Source: Phycisphaerae bacterium
GTDB lineage: Bacteria; Planctomycetota; Phycisphaerae; FEN-1346; JAACEH01
NCBI GenBank assembly: GCA_012729015.1
Contig: JAAYDY010000042.1
Coordinates: forward strand, 77,608 to 141,607
Direction: 5' to 3'
DNA length: 64,000 bases
The notes under the pieces are model-generated. The model saw only the letters and a list, made by a program, of their open reading frames with translations, had not been told where the DNA came from and ran no database searches. Positions within the stretch are counted from its first letter, which is position 1; each line of letters starts with the position of its first letter. A program made the translations under genes and the position numbers. Of the stretch, positions 9,597-19,600 are shown one piece after another.

Positions 9597-10453
9597 CCGT
9601 AGCCATCCCCACCTTCAATCGGCGCGAGCTGCTGCGCGAGGCGCTCGACAGCGTGTTCGCGCAGACGTGGACCGATTTCGAGGTGCTGGTGGTCGATGAC
9701 GGCTCGACCGACGGCACCGGGGAGATGGTTGCCGCGTACGGGCGTCCGGTGCGCTACGTGTACCAGGAGAATCGCGGCGACGCGGCGGCCCGCAACCGGT
9801 TGATCGCCGAGGCGCAATCGCCCCTGATCGCGTGGCTCGACAGCGACGACCGCTGGCTCCCCGAGAAGCTCCAGAGGCAGATCGCCAGGCTGCAGGGGGC
9901 CGACGAGCGGACCGTCGTGTACGGTCCCAAGCTCAGCATCGAAACCGACGGGCGGATCGCACAGAGCCGGCGGCCCGCGCCACCGTCGGGCCGGATCACG
10001 GCGGCGCTGTTCGACAACATCTTCATTCCCACGCCGAGCGTCCTGATACCGACGGCGCTGCTGCGCGAGGCCGGCGGATTCGACGAGCAGTACAGGGTGT
10101 GCAGCGACTACCGGATGTGGCTGGTGCTGTCGCTGACATGCACATTTCTGGCGATCCCGGAGCCGCTGGTGGCCTGCCGGCGGCACGTGGCGAGCCTGTC
10201 CAGCGCATCGTCGGCCAGCCAGGGCGCCAAAGCGACGATGCTCGAGGAGTTTTACTTCGAGCTGGGAGGCAAGGACGCGGTGCCGCGGCGTCAGGCGATG
10301 CGACGGTTGGCCGACCAGTGCCGCAAGACGGCCGTTCTGGCCCATCGCGAGGGGCGTCGCGAGGAAGCGTTCGCGTGGTACCGCAGGTCGCTGGGGCACC
10401 GGCTGACGGCCCGGTCGTGCCTCGGCTATGCAGCCCGGAGGCTGGGTCTGTAG
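9584..10453 (+). CDS. Family 2 glycosyltransferase
   Basis: MPRVTVAIPTFNRRELLREALDSVFAQTWTDFEVLVVDDGSTDGT ... DSDD. The start was chosen at the internal ATG (9584), which overlaps the methyltransferase stop by 13 nt. The ORF-track entry from 9467 is an N-terminal over-extension. Confidence 0.8.
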   Translation: MPRVTVAIPTFNRRELLREALDSVFAQTWTDFEVLVVDDGSTDGTGEMVAAYGRPVRYVYQENRGDAAARNRLIAEAQSPLIAWLDSDDRWLPEKLQRQIARLQGADERTVVYGPKLSIETDGRIAQSRRPAPPSGRITAALFDNIFIPTPSVLIPTALLREAGGFDEQYRVCSDYRMWLVLSLTCTFLAIPEPLVACRRHVASLSSASSASQGAKATMLEEFYFELGGKDAVPRRQAMRRLADQCRKTAVLAHREGRREEAFAWYRRSLGHRLTARSCLGYAARRLGL

Positions 10454-10481
10454 CGGCTGGACGCAGCGAGGCCGGTGCGTC

Positions 10482-12467
10482 CTACGTTCCCCTGCCCAGC
10501 ACAGCGGCCACCGCCTGCGACAGGCGGGCCAGGTCGTAGGGCTTCTCGACGAAACCCGCCACGCCCTCGTCGAGTATCTTCTGTGCGGCTCCGTTCAATC
10601 CGTAGCCGGTCGAGAGCAACGCCAGGACGTTCGGGTTGATCTGCTGCATGGCCTTGAAACACTCGCGCCCCCCCATGGCGGGCATGATCATGTCGAGCAG
10701 CACCACGTCGATGTCGGACCAGGAGTCGCGGTAGATCTCCAGCGCCTCGACGCCGTCGCCGGCCACGAGCACGTCGTATCCGAGTTCGACGAGCATCCTC
10801 GCGGCCATCTGTCGCACCACGGGTTCGTCGTCGATCAGCAGAACGCGGCCCCGTCCGCGAATCACGCGCGGCGCCAGCGCGTGGGCCTGGTCGGACGAAG
10901 GCCGGGCCGTGACCGGCAGGTAGACGCGGAACGTGCTGCCGTGTCCCAGCTCGCTGTAGACCTGCACCGATCCGCCGTGGTTCTTGACGATGCCATAGAC
11001 CATCGACAGGCCCATGCCCGTCCCCTTGGACGGCTCCTTGGTGGTGAAGAACGGCTCGAAGATTCTCGGCAGGATGTCGCGCGGAATGCCGATGCCCGTG
11101 TCCATGACCGACAGGCACAGGTAGCGGCCGGGCGCCGCCTCGGCATGCACACGGCAATACGCTTCGTCCAGATCGACGCACTCGGTGCGGAACATCAACT
11201 GGCCGCCGTCGGGCATCGCGTCTCGGGCGTTGACCGCCAGGTTGAGCACCATCTGCTGCATCTGGCCCGGATCGCCGATGACGGTGCTCGGCGAAGCCTG
11301 GAGCATCGGCTGGATCTCGATGTTCTTGTCGAGGGTGCGACCAAGCAGATCGACGACCTCGCACACAACGCTGTGCAGGTCCACCGGGACAATCTGGTTC
11401 TTGCCTCTGCGGGCAAACCCCAGCAACTGACTGGTCAGGTGGGCGGCACGCCGGGCGGCCCCCTCGATGGAGTCGGCGATCTCGGCCGTCTCGGGGCACT
11501 TGCAGTCGCCCGTCTTCAGCAGGTTGGCGTATCCGATGATGCCCGTGAGCAGGTTGTTGAAGTCGTGAGCGACGCCGCCTGCAAGCTCGCCGATGGCTTC
11601 AAGCTTCTGCACCTGGAACAACTGCTCTTCCAGCCGATGATACTCCTGCTCGCCGCGGATGCGGTCGGTGACGTCGGCGATGAATCCCTCCAGGATGGCG
11701 GCGCCGTCGGCGGCGTCGCCCACTTTCCTGCCCTGTTCGTAGACCCACTTCTCGTCACCCTGGGCGGTGCGGATGCGGTACGTCAGACGAAACGGCTGTT
11801 CCCTGGAGACCCCCTCCTGAACCTGTCGCCACACGTCTTCCGCGTCCTCCGGGTGAACCAGGGCGGCATACGAGACTTCGCGGTTGTCCTGCAACGCCGC
11901 CTGCTCGTATCCGGTGAGCGCCTGGCACCCTTCACTGACATACTCCATGGTCCATTGCCGGTCGTTGCGGCAACGATAGGCCATGCCGGGCAGGTTGCTC
12001 AGCAGCGTCGAGAGCGTCCTCTCGCTCTCGCGCAGCGCTTTCTCGGACTGGCGGCGAGAGGTGACGTCCTGTCCTGTGGCAACCAGGCAGACAATGCGGC
12101 CGTCGCGATCACACAATGCGTTGGCCGACCAGGCGACCAGGCGGGCAACTCCGCCGGTGCCTGCCATCCGAGTCTCGTGAGGGCCGCTGCTGCCTCGCTG
12201 CACAGCCTCGGCCAGGCATGCACGAATTTGCTCCGACTGTGTCTCATCCTGGCCAAAACGCGAGAAGTCGCTTCCAGCGACTGCCTCCGACGAGAGGCCG
12301 CTCCATGCCTCCGAGGCAAGGTTGAAATCGATGATGCGCCCCTGGGGATCCAGCAGGACCACCATCGCCTCAATGGCGTTCAGGATCGTCTGGATCAGGC
12401 GACCGTCCTGGCCGCACCTGACCCACAGTGATTCCAGTTTCTCGACCTGCGGATCGCGATCTGCCAT
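10482..12467 (-). CDS. Hybrid sensor histidine kinase/response regulator with two PAS domains
   Basis: 661 aa. PAS segments, HisKA ([20 protein letters not shown]), HATPase ([18 protein letters not shown]), C-terminal receiver ([10 protein letters not shown]...[11 protein letters not shown]). Confidence 0.85.
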   Translation of the reverse strand: MADRDPQVEKLESLWVRCGQDGRLIQTILNAIEAMVVLLDPQGRIIDFNLASEAWSGLSSEAVAGSDFSRFGQDETQSEQIRACLAEAVQRGSSGPHETRMAGTGGVARLVAWSANALCDRDGRIVCLVATGQDVTSRRQSEKALRESERTLSTLLSNLPGMAYRCRNDRQWTMEYVSEGCQALTGYEQAALQDNREVSYAALVHPEDAEDVWRQVQEGVSREQPFRLTYRIRTAQGDEKWVYEQGRKVGDAADGAAILEGFIADVTDRIRGEQEYHRLEEQLFQVQKLEAIGELAGGVAHDFNNLLTGIIGYANLLKTGDCKCPETAEIADSIEGAARRAAHLTSQLLGFARRGKNQIVPVDLHSVVCEVVDLLGRTLDKNIEIQPMLQASPSTVIGDPGQMQQMVLNLAVNARDAMPDGGQLMFRTECVDLDEAYCRVHAEAAPGRYLCLSVMDTGIGIPRDILPRIFEPFFTTKEPSKGTGMGLSMVYGIVKNHGGSVQVYSELGHGSTFRVYLPVTARPSSDQAHALAPRVIRGRGRVLLIDDEPVVRQMAARMLVELGYDVLVAGDGVEALEIYRDSWSDIDVVLLDMIMPAMGGRECFKAMQQINPNVLALLSTGYGLNGAAQKILDEGVAGFVEKPYDLARLSQAVAAVLGRGT

Positions 12468-12675
12468 AGCAACGCCCCCCCGAAGAGTGCGGCATGGACT
12501 ACGCCCGGCAACGGAGCATGACTACAGATGTGCCCAATCCACCCGTATTATTAGCTCGGCATAGGCAATGGGCAAACTTAATCCGGACTTGCGACACCTT
12601 CATACGACGAGGGCGAAACGGGCCACAAGGCCGGTTCCGCCCCCTGTTCGCGCCATGAAGCCCGTCGGTCGCCTG

Positions 12676-15600
12676 TCAGTGCGTCTCGCCGCCGGGCGAA
12701 TCGCCGGACGGCGGCTCGGTCTCGGCCGACGACGAATCGCCAGCCGTCGCCGGCTCGCTGCCGGACGACGCGTCCCCAGCGGTCGCCGGGACCGCCCGGA
12801 GCACCCTGGGCGCGGTCGTGGCCGCGCGGCGCCAGGCCGCAAACCGCGTGCCGAGGTCTCGCAACAGCTGCCAGACGCCCAGGACGACCGCCACCCCCGC
12901 GAGCAGCCAGATCAGATCCGTCAGATAGTCCGCGAAGCTATAGCCCAACAACGTCCGCACGGCCAGCAACAGTGCCGCCAGACAGAGCATTGCGAGGAAC
13001 TTGCCCACGGCTCCGGTCTTGCTCCTGGTCCACCACCACACGGCGGCCGCCAGCACCAGGACCACCGCGAGGCCGCGCGTCACCGAATGGAGGGCCGATG
13101 TCATGCAAAGCACATTGAGTTCCGGCGGCGTGCCCAGAGCCACCAGCGTCTGGAAGCAATAGCGGTTCATGGCGATGCCGGGAGCCGCGGCCCCAGGGTC
13201 GCGCAGGCGACGTTCGCCTGCCACCGCTTCGATCGGTGGCGCCGCGCTGGGCGCTTGCGACTCCCAGGATCCCACGTTGTCGCCGACACGGCGGTTGTGC
13301 TCCACCTGAATGCTCTGCATGTCGGCCATCTCGGCGGCCGAGCTGCTCAGCACCACCGCACGCTGAGGCGGAACAAACGACAGCCGCACCAGCCCATCGT
13401 CCAGCCGATCCACGCGGTTCAGGGTGCCGCCGTTGTAGACGATCACGTAGTCGTCCGGAAGCGAGAGCTCCCACCCGACGCGAAGGCTCGGCACCTCCGT
13501 CTGCGGCACCATCAGCGATAGGTTGCGCACGCTCCCGAGGGCCGACAGGCTGTAGCTGTAGCGGATGCGGACCTGGAATTCCTGCTGGCCGCGCCCGTGC
13601 CCGATGATGGGGATCATGGTGACGGTGCGACCGTCCTTCTGGCTGGTCACTGGGGTCTTCTGCTCGTCGTCCACGAAGGCGTGCCAGATGCGGGAGTCGG
13701 CGGGCAGGTAGAGTTCCAGATACTGCTTACGGAGGTTTCGCATCGAGTAGGCGGCGTCCGTGACGACGTTGCCGTCGTCGGTGATGACGGTGCTGAGGCG
13801 GCAGGTGCTGATGACGGCTACAAGCACCTCGGCCGGGTCGCGACGCACCGTCGTCAGGTGAAGCTCGAACGGCGCCGTCGGGTACCGGAAGCTCAGGGCC
13901 ATGGAACTGGTGATGCCCTGGGTGTAGTCGGACGGAATCTCGCGTTCGTCGATGGGGCGGACGCCCTTGGACTCCTCGGCGGCGCTGACCTCCAGGTCGG
14001 TCCGCGGCGCGACGGCCACGTAGCCGCGCTCGTGCTTGACGTCCAGCGCCCGGACGCCCACGAAGGTCAGCCGGTCGGCCGTCTTGTCGTCGGTCTTGAT
14101 CTGGTAACTGACGTTGACGCGAACCTGTCCCTTCTTCTTCGCCTGGAACGTCAGCGTCCAGACCGACGGCCTGGCGGGATCCTTCTCCTTGCTCTTGAGG
14201 TCGGCCGCGGTGATGTCCACGTTGTCGGCCCCGGCGGGCAACTCGACCCGCACGGTCTGGATGCCGGCGTACTGCACGAAGTACTTCACCGTGGCCCCGG
14301 CCTGGAGGTACGCCTCGCCGAGGGAGATGAAGTTGAAGACCTCGGCCGTGACATACGGCTCCACGCTCTCGACCTGCACGGCCGTCTTCCACGGCTGGAG
14401 GAAGTACTTGTAAGCCAGTGTGACGCCGCTCTGCTGCAACCGCTGCGGCAGTTCCTTCACGTCGATCTCGCGGATGTTCTCGGTGGCGGCCTCGGACGGC
14501 AGAAGCCTCATGCCTTCCTCGGGGCGGACGGCGACGTAGCCCGTCTCGCGACGGACGTCGAGGCAGCGGATGTTGGGCAGCGCGACGGGCTTGCCGGGCG
14601 CGGCCTCGGTGCGCATCTCGCCGACCATTTTCAGGGCATACGCCCCTTCGGTCTTGCTCAGCAGCACCACTTCGACGGTCCCTGCGGCCCGGTCGTGTTT
14701 CCAGTCGTCGATGCCGGCGCCTTCGAGGGTCAGCACCTGGAAGTCCTGCGGCACGTTGAGCCGCAGGGTGAAGACGCCCGCCTTGCGGATGTCGTAGGTC
14801 ACGGCGTAGTCCACCCGTGTGACGGCGGACTCGATGTCAACGAGGGTCTCGGCAGCGGCGACGATCTCGCTCTGGACCGAACTGATGTCCACCTCGAGCT
14901 GATAGGGATGCCGGATGTAGCGATAGGCCAGCGTGGCGGCCTGACGGTCGGGCATGGTCTCGGGCAGGTCGCGGAGGTTGATCTGCGTGATGCCCTCGCC
15001 GAGGGCCGGCTTGACGTTGGCGCCCGAGAGGGCCTCGATGGCGATGTAGCCGCGCTCGCGCTGCACGTCGAGCAGTTCGAGCCGCGGAATCGCCAGCCGC
15101 TCGCCCTGCATGGGCTTCTCGGTGGTCAATTGCAGAGTGTACTGCCGCTCGGCCTTGCTTCGCAGGTCCACGCTCAGCACCTGGTCGGTCAGGCTCCAGT
15201 TGTTGATGTCGGGGCCGTCGAGGTCGGCCAGCCGCACGTCGGGCCCGAGGCGGATACGGAAGCGGAAGACACCGGCGTCCTTGATCTGGTAGTTGACGGT
15301 CGTGACGGCGCGAACCGACTCGGCGGACACCTTGACCACAGAGAGGACTTCACCGGAGACCTTGGCCTCGACGACGCTGAGCCGCACGACAATGTCGATG
15401 GGGCGCTTGACGTACTTGAAGCCCAGGTGCAGTTGCTCGATCTGGACGCCGGCCGCCACGGCCGGCATCTCGCGCACGTCGATCTGCGACACGCCTTCGG
15501 CGCGGCCGGCCTCGGCCTTCAGCCCCTTGTCGGCCGCGATGGCCACCCATCCCGTCTCGCGGCTGACATCCAGGGCCTCGGGCGTCGCGACAGCCACCTC

Positions 15601-16578
15601 CGTGGCGCCGCCGGCCGACGGCTGGTCGATGGCCTGCTCCGTGGCCAGCGACAGGACGTAACGGTCGCTGATCGGGCCGAGCAGTTCGACCTTGAGCACG
15701 CGGTCGGCCCCCTGCCCCTGGATGTCCCAGGAGCGGATGTCCTGCCCGTCCACCTTCAGCAGCGTGGCCCGCTCGGGCAGACGAAGCCGCAGGACGCTGA
15801 CCTTGCCCTGGACGACGGAATACTCCACCTGCGTGTAGAGCCGCATCACGCCCAGGGCGAGTTGGGCCGTGGTCTTCTGCTCGGCGAAGACCTTGGCCTC
15901 CAGCGTGACGTCCGGGGCCTTGGGCGACCACTCGACGGTGAGTTCGCCGGTCCGGCCGCCGAACACCGTCACAGTCGTCTGCCCCGCCTTCTCCTCGGTC
16001 CGGATCGGCAGTTGCGGCGACAAGGCCACCTCCAGCGACGTACCGGGCAGCGTCACGGCCATGGTGGCCACCGTGGCGCCAATCTGCGGCAGACGCAGAC
16101 TCTTCTTCAGGTCTTTGCCGTCTACTCCCGCGGCAAAGCGGATCTCCAGCTCGTGCGATCCCTTGCCGACGCTGAGCAGGTGGTAGCCGTCGGCCTGCCG
16201 CACCAGTTGCACGCCGTCGCGTCCTTTCTTGATGGCCATGTCGGTCACTGCGATGGACGCCGGCAGCACGAGAACCTCGCGCACGTCCGCGATGTCGCTC
16301 TCGACCCAGAGCCGCATGACGCCTTCGGCCACGGTGCCGGCGACGGTCACCTGCACGTCGCTTCGCGTGAGCACGACATCCGTCACAGGCACCGGCACGG
16401 GCGGCTCGACCGGCGGCACGCGCGAGACCGGCGCCGTCGGGGCGACGGCTTCCTCCGCAAGGACGGTCTCCTGCGTCTGCGGCGCAACCGGATCCTCCTG
16501 GGCCAGCCCCAGTCCAGGCAGGACAGCCACCGCCACCATCGCCACCAGCCACATCACGCCGCGTCTGACGCACCTCAT
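12676..16578 (-). CDS. Giant secreted/membrane-anchored repeat protein (paralog 1)
   Basis: 1300 aa. Signal peptide MRCVRRGVMWLVAMVAVAVLPGLGLAQE. Four internal repeats of about 170 aa, each beginning LDV(S/Q/R/K)RE(T/R)GY(V/I)A(V/I). C-terminal cluster of 3-4 TM helices, then an acidic Ser/Gly-rich tail. GGGAGGA RBS 7 nt before the ATG. Diverse amino-acid usage, unlike the antisense ORFs. Confidence 0.7.
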   Translation of the reverse strand: MRCVRRGVMWLVAMVAVAVLPGLGLAQEDPVAPQTQETVLAEEAVAPTAPVSRVPPVEPPVPVPVTDVVLTRSDVQVTVAGTVAEGVMRLWVESDIADVREVLVLPASIAVTDMAIKKGRDGVQLVRQADGYHLLSVGKGSHELEIRFAAGVDGKDLKKSLRLPQIGATVATMAVTLPGTSLEVALSPQLPIRTEEKAGQTTVTVFGGRTGELTVEWSPKAPDVTLEAKVFAEQKTTAQLALGVMRLYTQVEYSVVQGKVSVLRLRLPERATLLKVDGQDIRSWDIQGQGADRVLKVELLGPISDRYVLSLATEQAIDQPSAGGATEVAVATPEALDVSRETGWVAIAADKGLKAEAGRAEGVSQIDVREMPAVAAGVQIEQLHLGFKYVKRPIDIVVRLSVVEAKVSGEVLSVVKVSAESVRAVTTVNYQIKDAGVFRFRIRLGPDVRLADLDGPDINNWSLTDQVLSVDLRSKAERQYTLQLTTEKPMQGERLAIPRLELLDVQRERGYIAIEALSGANVKPALGEGITQINLRDLPETMPDRQAATLAYRYIRHPYQLEVDISSVQSEIVAAAETLVDIESAVTRVDYAVTYDIRKAGVFTLRLNVPQDFQVLTLEGAGIDDWKHDRAAGTVEVVLLSKTEGAYALKMVGEMRTEAAPGKPVALPNIRCLDVRRETGYVAVRPEEGMRLLPSEAATENIREIDVKELPQRLQQSGVTLAYKYFLQPWKTAVQVESVEPYVTAEVFNFISLGEAYLQAGATVKYFVQYAGIQTVRVELPAGADNVDITAADLKSKEKDPARPSVWTLTFQAKKKGQVRVNVSYQIKTDDKTADRLTFVGVRALDVKHERGYVAVAPRTDLEVSAAEESKGVRPIDEREIPSDYTQGITSSMALSFRYPTAPFELHLTTVRRDPAEVLVAVISTCRLSTVITDDGNVVTDAAYSMRNLRKQYLELYLPADSRIWHAFVDDEQKTPVTSQKDGRTVTMIPIIGHGRGQQEFQVRIRYSYSLSALGSVRNLSLMVPQTEVPSLRVGWELSLPDDYVIVYNGGTLNRVDRLDDGLVRLSFVPPQRAVVLSSSAAEMADMQSIQVEHNRRVGDNVGSWESQAPSAAPPIEAVAGERRLRDPGAAAPGIAMNRYCFQTLVALGTPPELNVLCMTSALHSVTRGLAVVLVLAAAVWWWTRSKTGAVGKFLAMLCLAALLLAVRTLLGYSFADYLTDLIWLLAGVAVVLGVWQLLRDLGTRFAAWRRAATTAPRVLRAVPATAGDASSGSEPATAGDSSSAETEPPSGDSPGGETH

Positions 16579-16626
16579 CGTTCCGTCCTCCCAATCAGCG
16601 TTCCACTGAGACTCGATTCGTATCCT

Positions 16627-19600
16627 CTACCGCGCCGCCGCACGACCACGACGCAACCGCCGGGCCGCGCCGACCGCCGCCGTCCCCACGAGCCCCGCCA
16701 CCGCCACGGCGGCCACGGCGTACACCGCGTAACCGCTGCCGCTGCGAACGGCCTCGATGCGGAAGTGGCCCATATCGCCGCCGCTGAACCCACGGCCGAC
16801 GCGGCTGAACATGTACGGCAGCCGGTCGCCCTGCGGCAATTGCAGCCCGATCGGCAGGCTGCCCCGGGTGCGTCCCTCGCGGACCGGAGACAGCGACACG
16901 GCCTCCACGCCGCCGGCGTCCCACGGACGCCACCCCTCATCGGCGGCAGCCGCCGAGGGCCCGTTGGCCTTGCCATGCGGCACGCCCTCGATCCCGCGAG
17001 CCTCTGACTCCGGCCCGGGCTGATCCGGCTTCGCGGTCGCGACGCCACCCGCCGCGGCAGCCGGCACATCTGTGGCGGCGCCATACCCGACCCCGGACCC
17101 GGTCTTGGTCCCGGCCTCCAGCTTGAAGACGAAACTCGACTGAGGCGTCGTCTGCACTTCCGTCTTCGTGACGCCGGCCGCTTCCTGGGCTTGGCGGAGC
17201 ACGTCGGCCGCCTGCCCCTTGAAGGCCTTGTCCAGATCCTTCTTCTCGTCGGCCCGCGTGATGTCATCCCGCGGCTCCTCCGCCGCGCCTGGCTGGGCCC
17301 CTTCTGGGGCCAGAGGCAGATCCTCGCCGCGCAGGGAGCGGGACGCTCTGCCGGAGTCCCGGTCCGCTTCGTCCCAGCCGTAGAACTTCTCGGCAAGCTT
17401 CATCCGCCGCTGGGCTTCCAGGTTCAGCAGGTTCGAGTCCTGCCGGGCGCGGCTCTTGCCGCCCAGCATCTTTGCCTTCTCGTAGCTCTCGGAGTAGGTT
17501 CTCAGGTCTTCTTCGGTGGGTTTCAGGTCTTCCTCGACGATGGGGTTGTTCACCTCGCCCTGCCGGTAAAGCTCGCGGGCCAGCTGGCGCCGCTGCCCCG
17601 GCTCCACGTGCTGCACCTCGTTTCCCGGTCGCACCACCGTATAGCCGTCAGCGCCCACGTCAGCCAGGAGCACGCCCGTCACGTCCTTCTGCTCCCCGGC
17701 CCTTCCCTGCGGTTGTCGCAGCGCCATGTTGAGGCTCTCGCCGAAGTAGTTGGTGCCCGATTTCTTGAGCCGCTCCACAACGCCCGACTCCACCAGTTTC
17801 TCGCGCTCAAGCTCCGCCAGGTCGGCCGGGTAGACATCAAAGGTGCTTCGGTATGCCTCCAGGGCCGCGCCGACCACCTCCAGGTCGCGTCGCGCCCAGA
17901 CGCCGGTCCAGCCGCCCTCGGCGGCGTCAACCGACACCTCACTGTACTCGACCCGCCCCATCATCGGCGGCGACTTCACCCCCAGCGCCGGCATCAAGAG
18001 CGCCGCGAGAATGAGCATGACCGGAATTGCCGCAAGCATCATGAGGGCTGCCCACCTCAGTCCGGGGCGTTTCCAGACGTAGCGGGCCGCGCGTGCCGGA
18101 GGCGATACCGCGCGGCGCAGCAGCCTGCCGCCGCGACGGACCATCAGCCAGACCGCCGCAGCCGCCACCGCCGTCGCCGCCACGACCGCCAGAACGGTCA
18201 GCACCACGTCCGCCACGGGCTGCACCGACGGCCACACCTGTTCCCATCGCCGGCTGTCGGGGCCGAGCATCTGTCGGCTCACCGGCACGTCGGCATCGGG
18301 CGGGCGGATCACCATCCGCATGTTGCCCTCGTCGCCGACCAGGTCCGGCCGCAGGGCGTACCCCTGCGGCATGAAGACCTCCCATCCCATGCTCCCCGTG
18401 GCGACTTCGACCGGCGGGGTCTGGAAATTCATGTCTACGGCGCGGCCCTCCAGGGGCGGCAGTTGCTCGGCGTAGACCACCGTCAATTCGAACGCCCCGT
18501 CGCGGCGTTCGCGCTGGAGCAGCGGAATCCGGTAGGCCCCGGGGCGGTCGCCTTCGACGGGCTTGACGGGCCGGCCGTCCACATAGGCGGCCCACAGTTG
18601 CCGACGGTCGGGCAACTCGATGGGGGCGAACTGCTGCCGCGTGCTCTGGACCGTCAGCGTCATGAACGTCATGGCGGTGCCGTCGCGGTTGATCATGGTT
18701 TGCAGGAGGCAGTCGCTCGCCTGGAGCTTCAGCACGTCTGCCTCGCCGAGCTGGGCCAACCGCAGCGACAGGCCCCAGTCCTGCGGCGAGAGGCCCGAGT
18801 ACTCGATCGTTCGGACCACCGGAACGTCGGCCGACATGGCCTCGGCCCCGCGTTCCACCGTTCGGGCGTGACCCGACGGCGCGACGGTCACGTCCACCTG
18901 ATCGCTCTGCTTGCCGACGTGGAGGACGCCCTTGTGTCCGGCGGCTTCCAGGACGCGCGGCTCCTCGTGGGTCACGTCCGTGGCCTCGCGGTCCACCAGG
19001 CGGTCGTACGTCACGCGCAGGCGGTACTGGCCCTTGCGGCGCGTCGCCAGCGCGATCGTCCACGTGTTGGAATCGGCGTCCAGGCGGCGGCCGCTGATGT
19101 CCTCGCCCTCGATCCACGAGTTGACGGCCCACGACGGGAGCTTGACGCGCAGGGACGACACCCCGGCTTCCTGAATGGTGCAGATCAGCTGGGTTTCGGC
19201 ACTGATGTCGCCCTGGCCAACCCGGAGCAGCGTCTCGGCCGCAACGGCCACCAGCGGCACGAGGGGTTCCACGTGGAACACTCCGGCCCACGGCTCCGTG
19301 AAATCGTAATGGAGGGCCCGCGACGCCGCGTCGCCGGCGCCTGCGCCGGGCAACGCCGGCGATTGCCGCCGGAATGAGCGGATGGCGGCCTCGGTCGATT
19401 CGCGAAGCGAACGCACTTCGACCACGCTCAGCTTGAGGTCGGACCCGGGCGTCAGCGCCACCTGCCCGCGCGTCCGCAGCGCCACGGGGACGTCAATCGA
19501 CTCGATCCGCAGGGGCCGCGTGTAATCCACCGCCTGGGTGGTCTCGACGATCAGCGAGGTGGTTCCCGTCAGGCCGTCGGTCAGGGTCACCGAAAGGGCG

